Positions 1 to 13,010 of a DNA stretch of 64,000 nucleotides are shown here, piece by piece. This DNA comes from Camelus dromedarius (taxonomy: Eukaryota), in contig NC_087438.1 of assembly GCF_036321535.1 (NCBI RefSeq), positions 2,544,001 through 2,608,000 on the forward strand, given 5' to 3'. Every line of letters begins with the position of its first letter. The first letter of the stretch is position 1. The position numbers and the translations under genes were made by a program. The notes below the pieces were generated by a model. That model ran no database searches and was not told the DNA's origin. It was given only the letters and a program-made list of their open reading frames with translations.

Positions 1-2474
1 GGAACAGGGTGCCAGTCACAGGGTGCGGGACTAAGATGCCTCGTTGGGACAGCCCCCAGCTAGGTCCGCCTCTTCCAGAAATTTCTCCTGGGGCGTCGAC
101 ATTTTCTGCAGAATCAAGACACAATCACAGCAGGCTGAAAAGATGTGTCAGGTCCAATTCCAACAGGCTGAGCCACAGAGTCGAAGCCAGAAAACATAAA
201 GGGTGCCGAGGCCTCGGGACAATCCAATTGACCTCTTTTGGGGGGTTTCCCCACGTCTCTGCCCCTGCCCAGAGGGACCTCCACAGCCCGGATATCCCAG
301 GGTCCCTGAAAGAGAGGACTGCCTCGGGGGTCTGCCCGGGGCGCTTCTGGGCACTGTGGATGGGGAAGGAGATGTTTCTGCAGAAGGCTGCAGGAAGAGC
401 CGGGGTTTAAACTTGCATTAAACACTCTCTATAGTCCAGCCACCGCGGGACTGCCAGCGGCCCGGCGGCATCTGTGATAAAGACCTCACAGTGCTCATGA
501 AAAAGACAGACATCTCATAATGGCAGTGCAAGCTTTATTCAAACTGTTATTTAAAAGGTGGGGAGGGGGCCACCAGGAAGAGATGGGAGATGGTCCCACA
601 GGGCAGGAGAGGAGGAGGAAGCTCCCCAAAAGAGGCTCTAAGGAGAGGGACTTTGCCCCGTGTTGGCTGTTTCTTACAACCACAAAGGAGACAACGTCTG
701 CTCTGATCTGGTTCCTGTGGGGACATAGGTGGGTGGGCGTAAGCTGCATCTTCTCACTGAACCTTCCAGAAGGGTCTGGGTGGGGGGTGTGGCTAGGTTC
801 TCCAGATGAGCAGACCCAAGCAGGAGCCGACAACCCTGCAGAAAGTGTGAGACAGCCTGAACTCACGAGGTGATGGGAGGGAGGCCTGAGTCGCTGGCAG
901 GAGACCCCAGGAGCCCCTGGCGGTTCTAGTCCGGGGGCGGGAAGGGACCAGCATCTCAGCTCCAAGGCCATCAGGCCAGCAGAGCGTCCTCTCAACCGAG
1001 GGAGGGGGTGCCTTTTTGTTGTGTTCTGTCCTTTAAGGGATTGGACAAGACCCAACCACACTGGGAGGTCAACCTGCTGACTCAGTTCACCCATTCAAAG
1101 CCACTGTCATCTGGAAACACCCAGAATCAGATCTGACCACACTTCTGGGCCCCCCCATGGCCCAGTCAGGTTGACCCATAAATCCACCTTTGCAGGGGGC
1201 AAAGCGCGGTGGAGAGGTCTTGCCGGGACGTGGTGCTCCAGAATGTTCCTCCACACATGTCTGCACTTCAGAGAGACCTTAGTGAGCTGGGGGTGGGGCC
1301 TCCACGTGGGGCTCGGAGGGGAGAAGGGAGGACCCACCCCGAGCCTGCGGCAGGAGCCCAGGTGGGGCCGTCCCTGGGTGAGGACGCTGGCCAGTTTATG
1401 GCTTAGGGCTCTGATCTAAGGATTCAAGCAACACTTTTCTTTCAGAATTAAATTTAAAAAAAAAGAAAAGAAAAGAAAGAAGGAAACAGAGCTGGGCCTT
1501 GCTGCCCCCCCCCCCCGAGTGCAGAAGCCCCCCAGTGACCCACCTGCCTCCTTGTTCGAGGGGAAAGGCTTAGTCGCCTAGGACTTTCTTGGTTCCAAAG
1601 AGTGGACTCAGCCAGTCAGTGATTAGGGAAGTGAGGGGCCGCAGGGACAGAGGGGCAGCCGTCAGGGCGCAGCAGCTGGGTTCTAGCAGGCACTTGGGTT
1701 TGAAACCCTCCCACAATGAACGTGCAGAAAATGAGAAATTGTAGTAAACCCTATTTCCTCCTTTGACTTTGGTGCCAGAGAAACGTAGACTTAAATGCAC
1801 TGTAGCTAAATTACAACAGGTATTCTTGATAATAATTTTCTCTCTTCCTGGATTTTATAACCATTTTAAAATTTCCATTTAAAAATCTTATAATAGGTTT
1901 CTCTCTCCCTCTCTTTTTCTTTTGCAAATACCAAATCAGTCCTTTGAAGGAAATGAGAATACAAATCACAAAAACTTCCAATATGTTTATATATGTCTCC
2001 ATGAAACTTGTGTTCCTGTCTAAACATTCAGCTGCGTCTTCATGAAACAACGTGGAAAGGCATGAGAAGGGGCCGGGGTTTCTCCCTGGGCAAGATCATA
2101 GGTGTTAAGTTATTAGGACATAATGACTCTTAACAAAGGGTTCAGATATCTCACTCACACCACCACCCTCATCCTTCATTAAACACAAACATATTTTGCA
2201 TGTTTTTCATATGTTCTGCTCAGAGTTTCCAAGTTTTTTATCTGCTTCCTTCTCAGTAACCCAGTAAAGTTACATCTCTGTTTTGGTAGAACAAAGGCAC
2301 TGATAAGGTCTGCAGGGTTCAGACCTTTCTCAGCATTGTGCCTGGACAGCTGGTGTGCTGGAGGCCACTGGAGCTGGTGCCAGGGAAGGCAGAGTGCATC
2401 ACACAGGGAGGCCTGGTCCCCACGCTGCTCTGTGTGGACCTGCAGGCTGCGGAGACTGGATAAGCCCCCTGATG

Positions 2475-2568
2475 TTACAACCCCTCTGTGTTCTCATCTG
2501 TAAAGTGAGAGCTTGGCAGTAAATCCTCCTTAAGTGCTCTTTCCACCTTTAGCATAATTTAGGATTCA
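2475..2568 (+). mobile_element. MIR/MIR3 SINE fragment (degenerate)
   Basis: Core-like 'ttctcatctgtaaagtgag' followed by a tail 'cttaagtgctctttccacctttagcataatttaggattc' resembling the MIR3 3' end. Confidence 0.5.
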
Positions 2569-3706
2569 GTGACATGTGAGCAAAGAAGGAGAGAGAAACC
2601 AGAAATCAGGAAACTTAGTGGCAAAAAGAATTGAGGTAGAGATTCTGATTTGAGAAATCCACTCAACATTGGTGGCAAAAGCTATAAAACAAGAGCGAGC
2701 ATCATTTTTGGCAGGTGCACTGGAGCCGGCAGAGGAAGCCCTATGCCACCAGATGCCAGATTTCCCACGAATCAGAATATCTGTCCTCCACCACCGTCAT
2801 CTGAACGTCACACCTTTGCTTAAAATTCTGACAGCTCTCAAAATGCAGATATACCTGGGGTAAGATTGTAGCATCTTAGCAAAAATGAACAATCTATTAA
2901 GTTGAAGAAAGACCAGCATGGAGGAGAGGGGAGCACGGGAATGTGGGTACCAGGGCTCTGTCTCCTAAAGGGGAGGGTGGGGGTGGGGACGGGGCCCCAG
3001 AGGGACAAGTCTCCATCCCGCACCCACCGTGCCGCTCCACACGGAAAGCACTCCTCCCGCCACTGGAGTCTCACAGCAATTTAAAATGATTCTTTTCCTC
3101 AAAGAACGTGCAATCCTTTCGTGCCTAAATATTTTGTCAAGTCACATGGCAACAAATGGCTGCCTATTATGCCAGTTCGCTCCTCTCGCTTCACAGTGAA
3201 GTCTGGACCCAGACCACCAGAGCTACTGTTGGGAGAGTGATGGTCGAGGTTTTTGCTGGTGGAGAACCTTCTATAACCAACACACGAATCGTGGAAAACG
3301 CGCCTTTATTTTCGGGCCGGATGCCTTGTGATTCACATTAGTGTTGCTCCATGCCAGCCGTTTTTATTTTAGGAAGTGACGAAGCAAGGCTTCCCATGTC
3401 CATCTTTCTTTCCTTGGTGCACAAACCAGGTCACACTAAGTGCAAACTGGGAGCAAGAAAATCACACGCCTTCCCCAACTTACGGATTTTAAAGAGGAAG
3501 CTGCCCTCTTCTTCCACAGAGAGTTCTGAGAAGAGGAAATGATTTTCTTTCTTAAGGCACATTTTTTTGAACCTTTTGTTTTTTTTTTCTTAAGTAAGTT
3601 TTATCTTGGAATTTCCAAGGGCAGTAGATCCACAGGGACGCGTACAGAACTAACGAGACAATTTCAGCTAAGAATTCAGTAGGAGACGCTCTTGCCAGGC
3701 TAAGGT

Positions 3707-3826
3707 TTGTGCATGTGTGTCTGTGTGTGTGCACGTGTGTATGTGTGCAGGTGTTGGTGTGCCTGTGTGTGTGTCTGTGTGTCCATGTGTATGTGCATTT
3801 GTGTGTGTGTGTGTGTCTGTGTGTAC
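3707..3826. repeat. Degenerate (TG)n microsatellite
   Basis: ~120 bp of interrupted TG repeats; explains the His/Thr-rich ORFs 3552..3875 and 3668..3859. Confidence 0.9.
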
Positions 3827-4515
3827 GTATTTTGTATCGCATGCAATTACATCTAACACCCTGATCTGAAGTCAAGGACAGAGGCCGAACCTATGCTCTC
3901 TGAGGAACATACTCTCCATACACCTACTCTAAATTTTCCTTCAAGAAAGTCCCTGTTGTGATGGAGAAAGGTGTGGCTGGGACCTACAGCTGTGGGTTCT
4001 TGTCCTGGAGCAGTGACTTAGTAATGATGGAAAATCACGCAGGGATGTCACTGCTAGTCCTACTGTCCTCACGTACGAATGACGGACTTGTGCGTGATGG
4101 TCACTCACAGAGGGTGTGGGGAGGTTGAGGTTGCATGCTGTGCTGGGAACTTAGGACTCATTGTGACAAATCACATCACACCCTGACGGGTAAGAAACCA
4201 GACGGGTGAGCTTCTCAGCTGCTCTTGATGTCAGATCTACCTGCTCCAACTGGGAGGGGAGCAGGGAGGAGGGTCACCTGGGAGCTACGTGGGGAAGCAG
4301 TCCTGCCCTGGAGCTGGCTGTGGGCAGTGCGAGATCCAGGACAGAGCCTGATGCTCTCACAGGGAGGACGTGTTATCATGAGACTTTGGGGGTAAAGTAA
4401 TGAGACAAATCCCAGTTTTCAGAGGGGCAGAGCTACATGGTATAAATGGGAAGCTGGATTGCTAAAACTTTGGAATAACACAGAGATGAGTTTGGAAACA
4501 TTGAAAGAATTTTTA

Positions 4516-4650
4516 ACCTCAGTCTCTTCATTTGTAAAATGAGGATGTTATTATCTTCCTTAAAGGATTTCCATAAGAATTAATTGAAACCATGAATTCA
4601 TTCCATTATACGATTTTCGTAAGTGATAGCTATCACGGCACCCTGGTGCC
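4516..4650 (+). mobile_element. MIR SINE fragment
   Basis: MIR core-like 'cctcagtctcttcatttgtaaaatgaggat' with MIR-like downstream sequence. Confidence 0.65.
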
Positions 4651-7007
4651 AATGCAGCAGTTAGTTCTGGTGTAACAAACATCCCCAAGCTCCCGGACAT
4701 TAGACAGTAAGTGCTTATCATTCCTTGGACACCTACCGGCCAGCAGGGCTGACTCACACCTCCGTGATCAACCAGGGTGGTGGGGGGTGACCAGTCCAGC
4801 GGGTCCCGAGTCCTCGGGCTGGGATGACGGGTTTCTCTCTGTAGGTCGGTCTGGGCTCCCTCTAAGGTCAGTGCTGTTGGGGGCCAGGAGAGAGAGCGGG
4901 CTGCACAGCTGCTGGAGGCTTAGAACCGCCAGTTCATCACTACCCCACGTTCTCTTGGCCAAGACAGGTCATGAGGTCACCCTGATTCAAAGGAAGGGGA
5001 CATCGAGTGCCACTGTTTAGTGAGAGCAGCCAAGCCACATGGCCACGGCGAAGCACAGGCAGGTGAGATGGGGCTGCCTGGAAGTCACTGGTCTGATCGC
5101 AATGCTCCACTTTGCTGAAATTTCACTTACTGATGAATCAAGTAAATGCCTCTGGCTGCTGCTTCTGAAAAGAGTGTTCTCAGATTTGAAGGTACGTCTT
5201 ACACTTTGCCTCAAAAGCATTCCTGTCTCCCTTTTGAAAGTGACACGGATGTAGCTATCACGTAGCACCATGTTTAACGCATCAAGTGATGGCTGACAAC
5301 GATGACTTCAATCGCAAGTGTTCACGATGTGGAAAAACATGTCAGATAAGACACAGAGCTCTTCCACCCAAGATCACTCGATCGTGAACCATACGTGATA
5401 CGTACATGCATGTCTGCTGATTTGCTTTTAAAGTATATTCTGATTTCTCTGTTTCTTAGGGTGGCTATTGTGTAAGGAAGAGAAACATCACCTTAGAGTA
5501 CGTGCCATGACCTAGGTCTGAGTGCACGCTTCTTCAAGATTGTATATGATCCCCTTTTATCAAAATTTCTGCATTTTACAGTATAGTAAAGGTTCAGAAA
5601 ATTGTTGGAAGCAAACCCACGATCAATCCAGGTAAGAAGGCAAAAGACAAACCCTACAGGACAATTGCACTGGCCACTGCAGGGCTGTGGGTGTGACAGA
5701 ACAGCTTTGTGGAAAGGACCAGGGCGGGAGGTGTGGATGCTGCTGGAACCTCGGGGGACACCCCAGTGTGGGCTCACCTCTGGGTGTCCGGCGCCGCTCT
5801 CGGTAGCTCTCCCTTGGCTTTGAGCTGGCTGCTGAAATGTTCTCATGACGTATTTATAAACTGGGGCTCTCCTTTGTTTCTCGGGCCCTTAAAATGTGGC
5901 CACACTATTTTGAAGAGGTTTTGATGGTAGGATTCTGAAATGCCAGAGCTTGCAGACAGTGGAGCGTACACAGACGTCTCAAGCATCTTCGGAGGTGATT
6001 TCAGTCTCTTGGCAGCGTGACTGACAGCCCTCACGCGTTCCCGCACATTGAGCCGTCTTCCATTTCTCAGGCACTTGCTCTCATTCCCGAGCTGAGTGGA
6101 ACACCTATGCTCAAATGCATAAAATAACATTAGAAATGCAGACTTGATGTAGCCGATGGTAATGTGTTATTTAAAACTTATGAACCCAAATGAGGGCTTA
6201 TTTTCTCCAAATTGAAATTTATAGTTTCATTTTAGAGCGCAGACCTGCATCTTGATGGGCATGGGCACGTGGTCCTGGAAGCAAAGCAGGTGAGCACCAG
6301 GCAGCCGGCAGCCATTCTGGAGACGCACGGACCACGCATGAAAAACTGGATGCTGCTCCCTGTACTGATGGCTGCAGACTCGGAACATGTTCTGTGCGGG
6401 TGACGTGCAGTCAGTAATGCGTCTGCTTTTATACCAACCAAACAAAACAAGGAAACCATTGGTCACTGTCCTTTATCTCTTCCGGGCTGTTAAACAGATC
6501 ACAATAACCAGAAGTGTAATCTTTGAAATCTGATTGCCTCTCTGTTAGATAAGCACGTGATTGATAGCTTGGTCCGTCACTTTGGCAAAAATGTTATAAT
6601 ATTAGACTTTACTGCAGTTGAAATTCAAGTCAACTTACCTACAAAACGTCCAGGGGCAGAGACTCAAGCCAAGCAGAATAACCTGTCTTCAAGGAGTCTG
6701 TGGTCCAGGCAGGGATGGGGCGTTCTGGACATTTTAAGGTGTCACAGTGTAACATGTGACCATTATTAAAATAAGACACTCTAAATAAAATAAAATAAGA
6801 AAATAAATATATACAGTGCACATAAAATATACAATAAATAATGATAGAAAAGTTAGAGAAATTAGGAAGGAAAGCACATGAAACAAAATAGAACTGCCTA
6901 ATGATTGAACTCTGAAAAGTACAAAAAGGGTAATTAAGTTAAATTTGGTGGGGTGGCAAGTTAGGAATTCCTGAGTATTTAGAAAATCTGAACTGTTCTG
7001 TAGAGAA

Positions 7008-8120
7008 GCGCTGGACCCCCGGAGAGCGCCTCTGCGCGGCGCGCGGACGTCCCCGCTGCGCTCGCCCTTGCGCCCGCGGGCAGCGCGGCCAGGGCGGCGC
7101 GCTTTCCGCCGCGGAGCTCCGCGCGCTTCCCCGGCGGACGCGCGCCCGGCCCCGAGCCCGGCCCTGGGGAGGCCCGTGCCCGGCCCTGCGGGTGCCTGAG
7201 CGCGGAGCCTTCCCCCCTCCCCGGGGAGGGGCTGCCACGCGACCCGCGCTGGGCGGGGCCCCGCGGGCAGAGACGTGGAACACGGGGGAAGAGGGAGGAA
7301 ACGCGAGGTGGCGGCCCCGGGAGCCGGCTCTCCTCGTGGGAAACGCACGCATCCTGGTGACAACAGCAAGAGTGCCGGGAAGCGGGAGGGAAACAGGCGG
7401 ACCCCAAGCTCAGGTTGGCCTCGAGGGTGCTGGACGTTGGCCCCGGGGCGCGGCTGGTTCCCGCCGGCGCCAACCAAGCAGTGGAACCGGGTGACCACGA
7501 CTATCAGCCCGCCTGTCACGCGGGCCCCGGTGGGCACCTGACGTCCGGCAGAGCCCGGGGTTCCTGTGACGCTACCCCAGCGTTGGAGCAACAGGGAAAT
7601 GCAGTGATTAACGGCCTTGGCTTAAGACTACGGCCACATTGTCAGAAAGACAAAGGAGGACTAACAAGGGCTTGTTAGAAACTCGAGCGAGGTGTGTGTC
7701 TCCCCTGGTGGGGAGGCGCAGCAGGGGCGCGGGGCTGTGCTCGCCAGCTGGGGTCGTTGCCCATCACTGGTCCTTCCCGGGGAGCTGGTGGCCAGGCCTG
7801 CCCTCGGCCCACTGGGTTCTTTCTTCTCACATCAGTTCCTGTTCTCGCCTCCTCTCTGCTGAACCAGGAGCCGACTGTCTTGCAAAGAAATCCAGGGCGA
7901 TCTCCTCAAAACATCATTACACTTCCGTGAGGGACGCGTGATGCCCTGCCTCCCGGACAGCGAGCGTCGGCTCTGGGGTTTGAATCGGGATGGCGATGGT
8001 CCAATCCGAACCCAGGACCGGGGGCGCGGGGTGAAGGGCACGGACGCCCGCCCTGGAGTCGGCCTCCTCCTGTCTCCTCTCACGTGCAGGGTCAGAGGCG
8101 GGAGCTCTCCTCCCTCCCGG
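7008..8120. promoter_or_regulatory. CpG island (core ~7010-7560); candidate promoter or enhancer
   Basis: Very high GC and CpG density (cgcgcg runs), GC box GGGCGGGGCC at 7251-7260; no recognisable coding exon. Confidence 0.85.
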
Positions 8121-8280
8121 GCCCCCTTTCTCCTCCATCTCACAGTAATTTTTTCTTTAGTCTATTGATGTTTCTCTGTGTTGCAGTAAACTTGGGAACT
8201 CACAAATGTGATGCAAGTTAGAACATTCTGCACATATTATAGCAAAATAAGTATTATTTTGAAATGCTTACAGTTAAATA

Positions 8281-8302
8281 CACACACACACACACACACA
8301 CA
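8281..8302. repeat. (CA)11 microsatellite
   Basis: Perfect CA run. Confidence 0.95.
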
Positions 8303-8309
8303 GAGTTTA

Positions 8310-8500
8310 ATCCCAAAGTTTGCTGTGTGTTCAGTTCGCACTAAACAGCTGTGTGATTTTGGCAAGTTTCTTAACTTTGATATGCCACTTTTTTTCAGCT
8401 GTAAAGTTCTGATATTACTATTTGTTGCATTGACTGTGCTGCATAATACATGAGTATCTGTCACGGTGGCACGCATCCAACCCTGCGCTTAAAAACTGTT
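8310..8500 (+). mobile_element. MIR SINE fragment
   Basis: 'cagctgtgtgattttggcaagtttcttaact...tttttcagctgtaaa' matches the MIR core. Confidence 0.65.
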
Positions 8501-8915
8501 GTCCGCGGTTATTAGAAGTGTAAGTATGTGTATTACTATTTTTATGACGTTTCCCAAACTAGTCATTAAAAAACCCAAAGCAGCATATCGGTGAACATAT
8601 TTGATTTAATGCAAAACCTTATTTCAGTAAGAATTTCAGCCTATTTTGAAATTGGAAATCCTATAATGCTTTAGTCTTTAAGTCATATAATTCTGCAGTC
8701 CTTGGGGGTGGAAAATCTTTCCTCTGGTCACTTGACTCCTATAGTCTGCTTTTATTAAAAAGTACAGTTTTAACATCAAATGCATAAAATTTCATTAAAG
8801 CAAAAGATCTCAATTAAAGTGCTTCCAATAAGTCATTAATCACTCCGTTAAAACTATAAGCTCTATAACAAATTCTCTGTGATCACTTTTATACTCACAT
8901 GCATCACAGGAAATT

Positions 8916-8993
8916 TTAGGTGGAACGATAAGAAATTGCCATTTTGTATGTCAGAAATGCTCAAATGTCGGTAATTTCACATGGCTTAATTAA
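8916..8993. mobile_element. MADE2-like mariner-derived MITE (~78 bp)
   Basis: 'ttaggtggaacgataagaaattgcc...ggtaatttcacatggcttaattaa' resembles MADE2 as I recall it; degenerate terminal inverted repeats, followed by TA. Confidence 0.7.
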
Positions 8994-10334
8994 TATTTAA
9001 TTCATGTGGTTAAGCACAGATATATCTTTTTTTTTAAATTGATCTTCCAAAATAACCCAAATTCATATTTTACAGACAGTTTAAAAGTTAGCAATTCTGA
9101 AAGAACTGCAGACAGTCTCACCATACACACATCATCATTGTGAACTGAGTAGCTGCCTCGTTTAGGGCAAAATGAAATATTTATCGTGGACCAAATAAAG
9201 AAGCGATGTAATGGCAAATTCCGATATCTGGGGACACTGCTGTCACTGTGAGCACCGGTGAAACAGCTCTGGCCTAATTTCCTCTGACTTGGGATGTGTG
9301 CAAATCACAGGGAAATGGGAACTGACTACAGACTGAGAAAATCAGCAAAGACAGAAAATCATTGCGAATCAGAACCTTATCAATATTTCACTAGGCTAAG
9401 ACTAAACGTCTTACTCCTCCAGAAACAGAAAGCTGTTTTCTCAAAACCGTAACACTGGGATGAAGAAGAGTTCATCACAATAGTGCTCAAGGCTGAGATT
9501 TTAAGGAAAACCTCAGAGTCCAGGGTTCATGTGTATCTGCATCACATGAAATTAAAATGTACCTGCCCACAGTCAGTATCTCTGGGTAACAGAAATATTT
9601 TTATGGTGGATTATAATTGGTAAAACATTTAGTCTAGGCACTGCCTACAATATGCTAACAGAGCTGTGCCTGAATCTGTTGGAATCCAGTCTTACTTTTT
9701 CTTACTACAGTGGCCATGACTAGAGCCCACCAAGAGTGCCATAATACCTTTCCCCTTCTTTCTGACAATAGAAGAAAAAGAGTGTTCTTTCATGGCCTGC
9801 TTCAAAGATTTTCTTAACATCCCCACTGTGACAGCTTGAAAAACAAACAAAAAACCCCCCACAAAAACAGGAAGTGACCTTTAACCTAGACCCTAAGCAG
9901 AGCAGATTCTCAATTAGATCAGCCCCTGGGGTTTTCACCAAGAAATAAAAGTCAACGGCACAAAGCTTTGGAGATATAATTCTTTGTTCTGTGATAAATT
10001 TCTCTTAGATGGAGGCAAATAAACCAAGAAAAATAAACAAAACACACCAATTAAGGTTCAGCTTCCTACTTCACATAAACCAAGAGAACATTGATAAATT
10101 TAGTCCTTCACTGAGCTTGGAAGGCTTGTGGTTTGCTTTGTCATTTGAGTTTTTGCCTTAAGGAAAAAAAAAAAAGTGCTGCCAGTGTTTATAAAAGGGG
10201 TAACTCTGCAAAGGAAAATGTCTTAGCTATGTCAGAAGTTTTGTTGAAATTAAAATGTTCTGGGCAGAAAAGCGTGGTCAATTTAGAGAACATAAGATTG
10301 TAAAAAATTCATGATTACCTATGAGACTGGATTT

Positions 10335-10338
<4 letters not shown>

Positions 10339-10385
<47 letters not shown>
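10339..10385. repeat. (CA)23 microsatellite
   Basis: Perfect CA run. Confidence 0.97.
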
Positions 10386-10389
<4 letters not shown>

Positions 10390-10399
10390 CTGGCTTCTT

Positions 10400-10940
10400 T
10401 CTCCCAGCCTCAGAGCCATTCAAATGTCCTCCATTCCAGAAACGTGCCCCTGGCCTCAGATCCCCTCCTGACTGAGCTGGCTGCTTACCCCTTCCTCTGT
10501 GAGCCTCCCCTTCTCCTTCAAGCCACCTTCATTCCTGGGTGCCCTGAGCCCCCCACTTAACTGGAATGGCTCCAGCCGAGGGTGGTGCCTTCTCTTTCTC
10601 AAAGTTAAGGGTTACATTTTAGTCCTTTCTTACTAAATTCCCCCTCCCCTATTCCACACCTTTTCTCATCCTCGCCTTTATGAAATACTAACCCCCGTGG
10701 CCTCATGTGGCCTCCCTCCCCTCACCGTCCTCTGCAGACTCTCTCTGGTCCCTGTGGACTCCCTGTCTCCTGTCCGCCATGAGTGTCTTCACCCTCCGAC
10801 CCCGGGCCCCTCCTTCCCCTTCTCACACTCCCCCTGGATCTGAACAAATGCTTGTGGTTTGTCCCATTACACGCAGGCCTGTGATCCACCCACATGCACT
10901 TCTGGTGCCCACTCCTGTCTCCAGGACCAGGTGTAACTCA
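10400..10940 (+). mobile_element. L2 LINE fragment (highly diverged)
   Basis: Pyrimidine-rich; 'ccacttaactggaatggctcc' and 'caaagttaagggttacattttagtcctttcttact' resemble the L2 ORF2 region. Confidence 0.5.
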
Positions 10941-12559
10941 AAGAGCCCAGCATGAGGCTGCATGGCCCCTGTTAAATATACTAAGAATTTCAAGGCTCTG
11001 TAGTTGAGCAAACCCCAACACGGGTCCCTCACAAGCACACAGGCTGGATGTGGCTCCTGGACTTTGTGATGGGAGAGCCAATGGTTTGTCATGAGTGACC
11101 TATCTCAGACCTGCATCTGGGGGGCTTGACCCAGAGGGAGCGATGGAGAGGATGAGTGGAACAGGCTGGTCCCAGGAGCAAGATGGCAGTCAACAAGGAC
11201 TGTGCTCAACTTCCAACCTAAAGAAGTGAGAAATGGAGGCTCAGGGAGCTGGTCAACACCCACAAAATATCACCATGACCCTCTCGCCCAGTTTTCAGGC
11301 TGAGACAATTCACAGCCCCGATCCACTGACTGAAGCAAAGGCCGAGTCTCCGTGATGAATACCAAGGGTTGGGTACGTGGGGATCCAAGGCTGGAAATCA
11401 GAAGTGCCCCACTTACCATCCCTCTCAGGACACACGGGTGAGTGTGCTTCTCCTCCCACCGTCTGTGCCTGAGGTTCTGTGGGTCATGAGCTCATGGTTC
11501 CCAAAGGTGAATGCTTCCTTCCAGGGCGCACTGAGTCTGTTCCATTCAATCCTATGCCCTGCCTTCTCCATCCTTTCAGATTCCTCGTGCTGATGGCCCA
11601 GAAGGCAAGGAAGGCTCACCACCCCACCATGCAGAAGAGCTGCCCTCACACCACAGATGCTGGGAAACAGGTCCGGCACGGGGGTGACCCCAGGCACGTC
11701 GGCTGCTGCTCTCCTGATCACTCTTGTCGCTAAGTGAGTGAGCACCTCGACCACAGCCTATGAAGGGCACGCGGCCAGCAGAGGTGGTGCTGACGGGGAG
11801 GGGAATCTAGAATGGATAATGCGGGGGGAAGTGATGGGGGCCGCCCACAGCTTTGAGCCTGTGGTCCTCCCCACTGACCGTCTCGTAAGCTTCCCCAGGA
11901 TGCACAGCAACTAGAACCTTGGAGCCACCGTTTGCAATGGGGTGAACTCACTCTAACGACAAGTGGACTCAGGTGGGGCAAAGCATGGACTGCAGTCGAC
12001 TCCACACAGTGGGTGTTAATGCTGGACCCGAAGCCTCCGCAGGGCCAAAGCCTCCATCCCCCGGCTCAGTCAGCGCCAGTGCTTTTCGATGACTCAGCAG
12101 ACTGCCTCTCCCGGAACTGTGCTCAGCCAAGAGCGGGTGCCCAGCACGAAGTTCCCGCCCCTCCCTGGGGCAGCGTGCGATGACAGGTCCATGAGGGAGT
12201 CCAAAGCCCTGGCCTGCTGCTGGCGGCACAGCTCCGAAGCAGCATCTCAGCATCAGAGCTCCTCCCCCAGGATCAGCCGAGCCCTCGGCCGAATGACTTC
12301 CGCGGCACAACTGCTCTCTGCTCAGTTCTGCTGCCCGCTCCCCGCACATGTGCTGTTCCTGAGGACTCTCCCCAGGAAAATGTCCGGATTCCCGTCTCAG
12401 CCTCGGAAGTCGTTTCCTCTGGGGCCTGAGCATTGGCACTTCCTTTCATATCTCCCGGGCCAGTCATGACACTCGTGTCCCGGCACAGGCGAGCAGGGAG
12501 TTATGTTTCTTGCTCTGGGAGGAAAGAGGTTACTGATCAAAGGGACTCAGGATTTCTTC

Positions 12560-13010
12560 CAACACGGTTGAGCCAGATACGGAGAACTTGCTGGAACGGA
12601 CCTTGAAGGTCAGACTAGGGAGGATGGAATGCAGATCTGGACAGGAGAGAGCTGACTGACACAGGAGCAGTCCGGGTTACCTGAGGTTTAAAATCTGGAC
12701 TAAGACACCAAGAAGAATCTTAACATCTGTGCCATCTGTCTTCTTAAAGCTTGGACGTCCAGATGAGCTGGAATAGGTGGAGAGAAGTTGAGTATTGAGG
12801 CAAGGGACAGAGGCTCAGGGAGGTGGCCCTGGGAGATGGATTTGTTGTATGAGCGCAAACACAGGAGCCCTGGTCAGATGCCTCAAAGCCCATACCTAAC
12901 GAGTGTCACTGAGAAGCTCAGCGGCGAGTCTCACCCACAGGTCTGGGTGGCCCAGAGGAGATGCAACACGAAATGGGAATTCCAAGTAGCAGTGGGAAGG
13001 ACAGACTCCC
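12560..13010 (-). mobile_element. L2 LINE fragment (highly diverged)
   Basis: Purine-rich antisense L2-like motifs ('ggaccttgaaggtcagactagggagg', 'ggtggagagaagttgag'). Confidence 0.4.

Noticed and set aside
3552..3875. His/Thr-repeat ORFs (also 8208..8453 and 10321..10560)
   Set aside because: Translations of CA/TG microsatellites
6734..7678. Long overlapping ORFs (up to 285 aa) across the CpG island
   Set aside because: Arg/Gly/Pro/Ala-rich, open in several frames on both strands because GC-rich DNA has few stop codons; no recognisable domain
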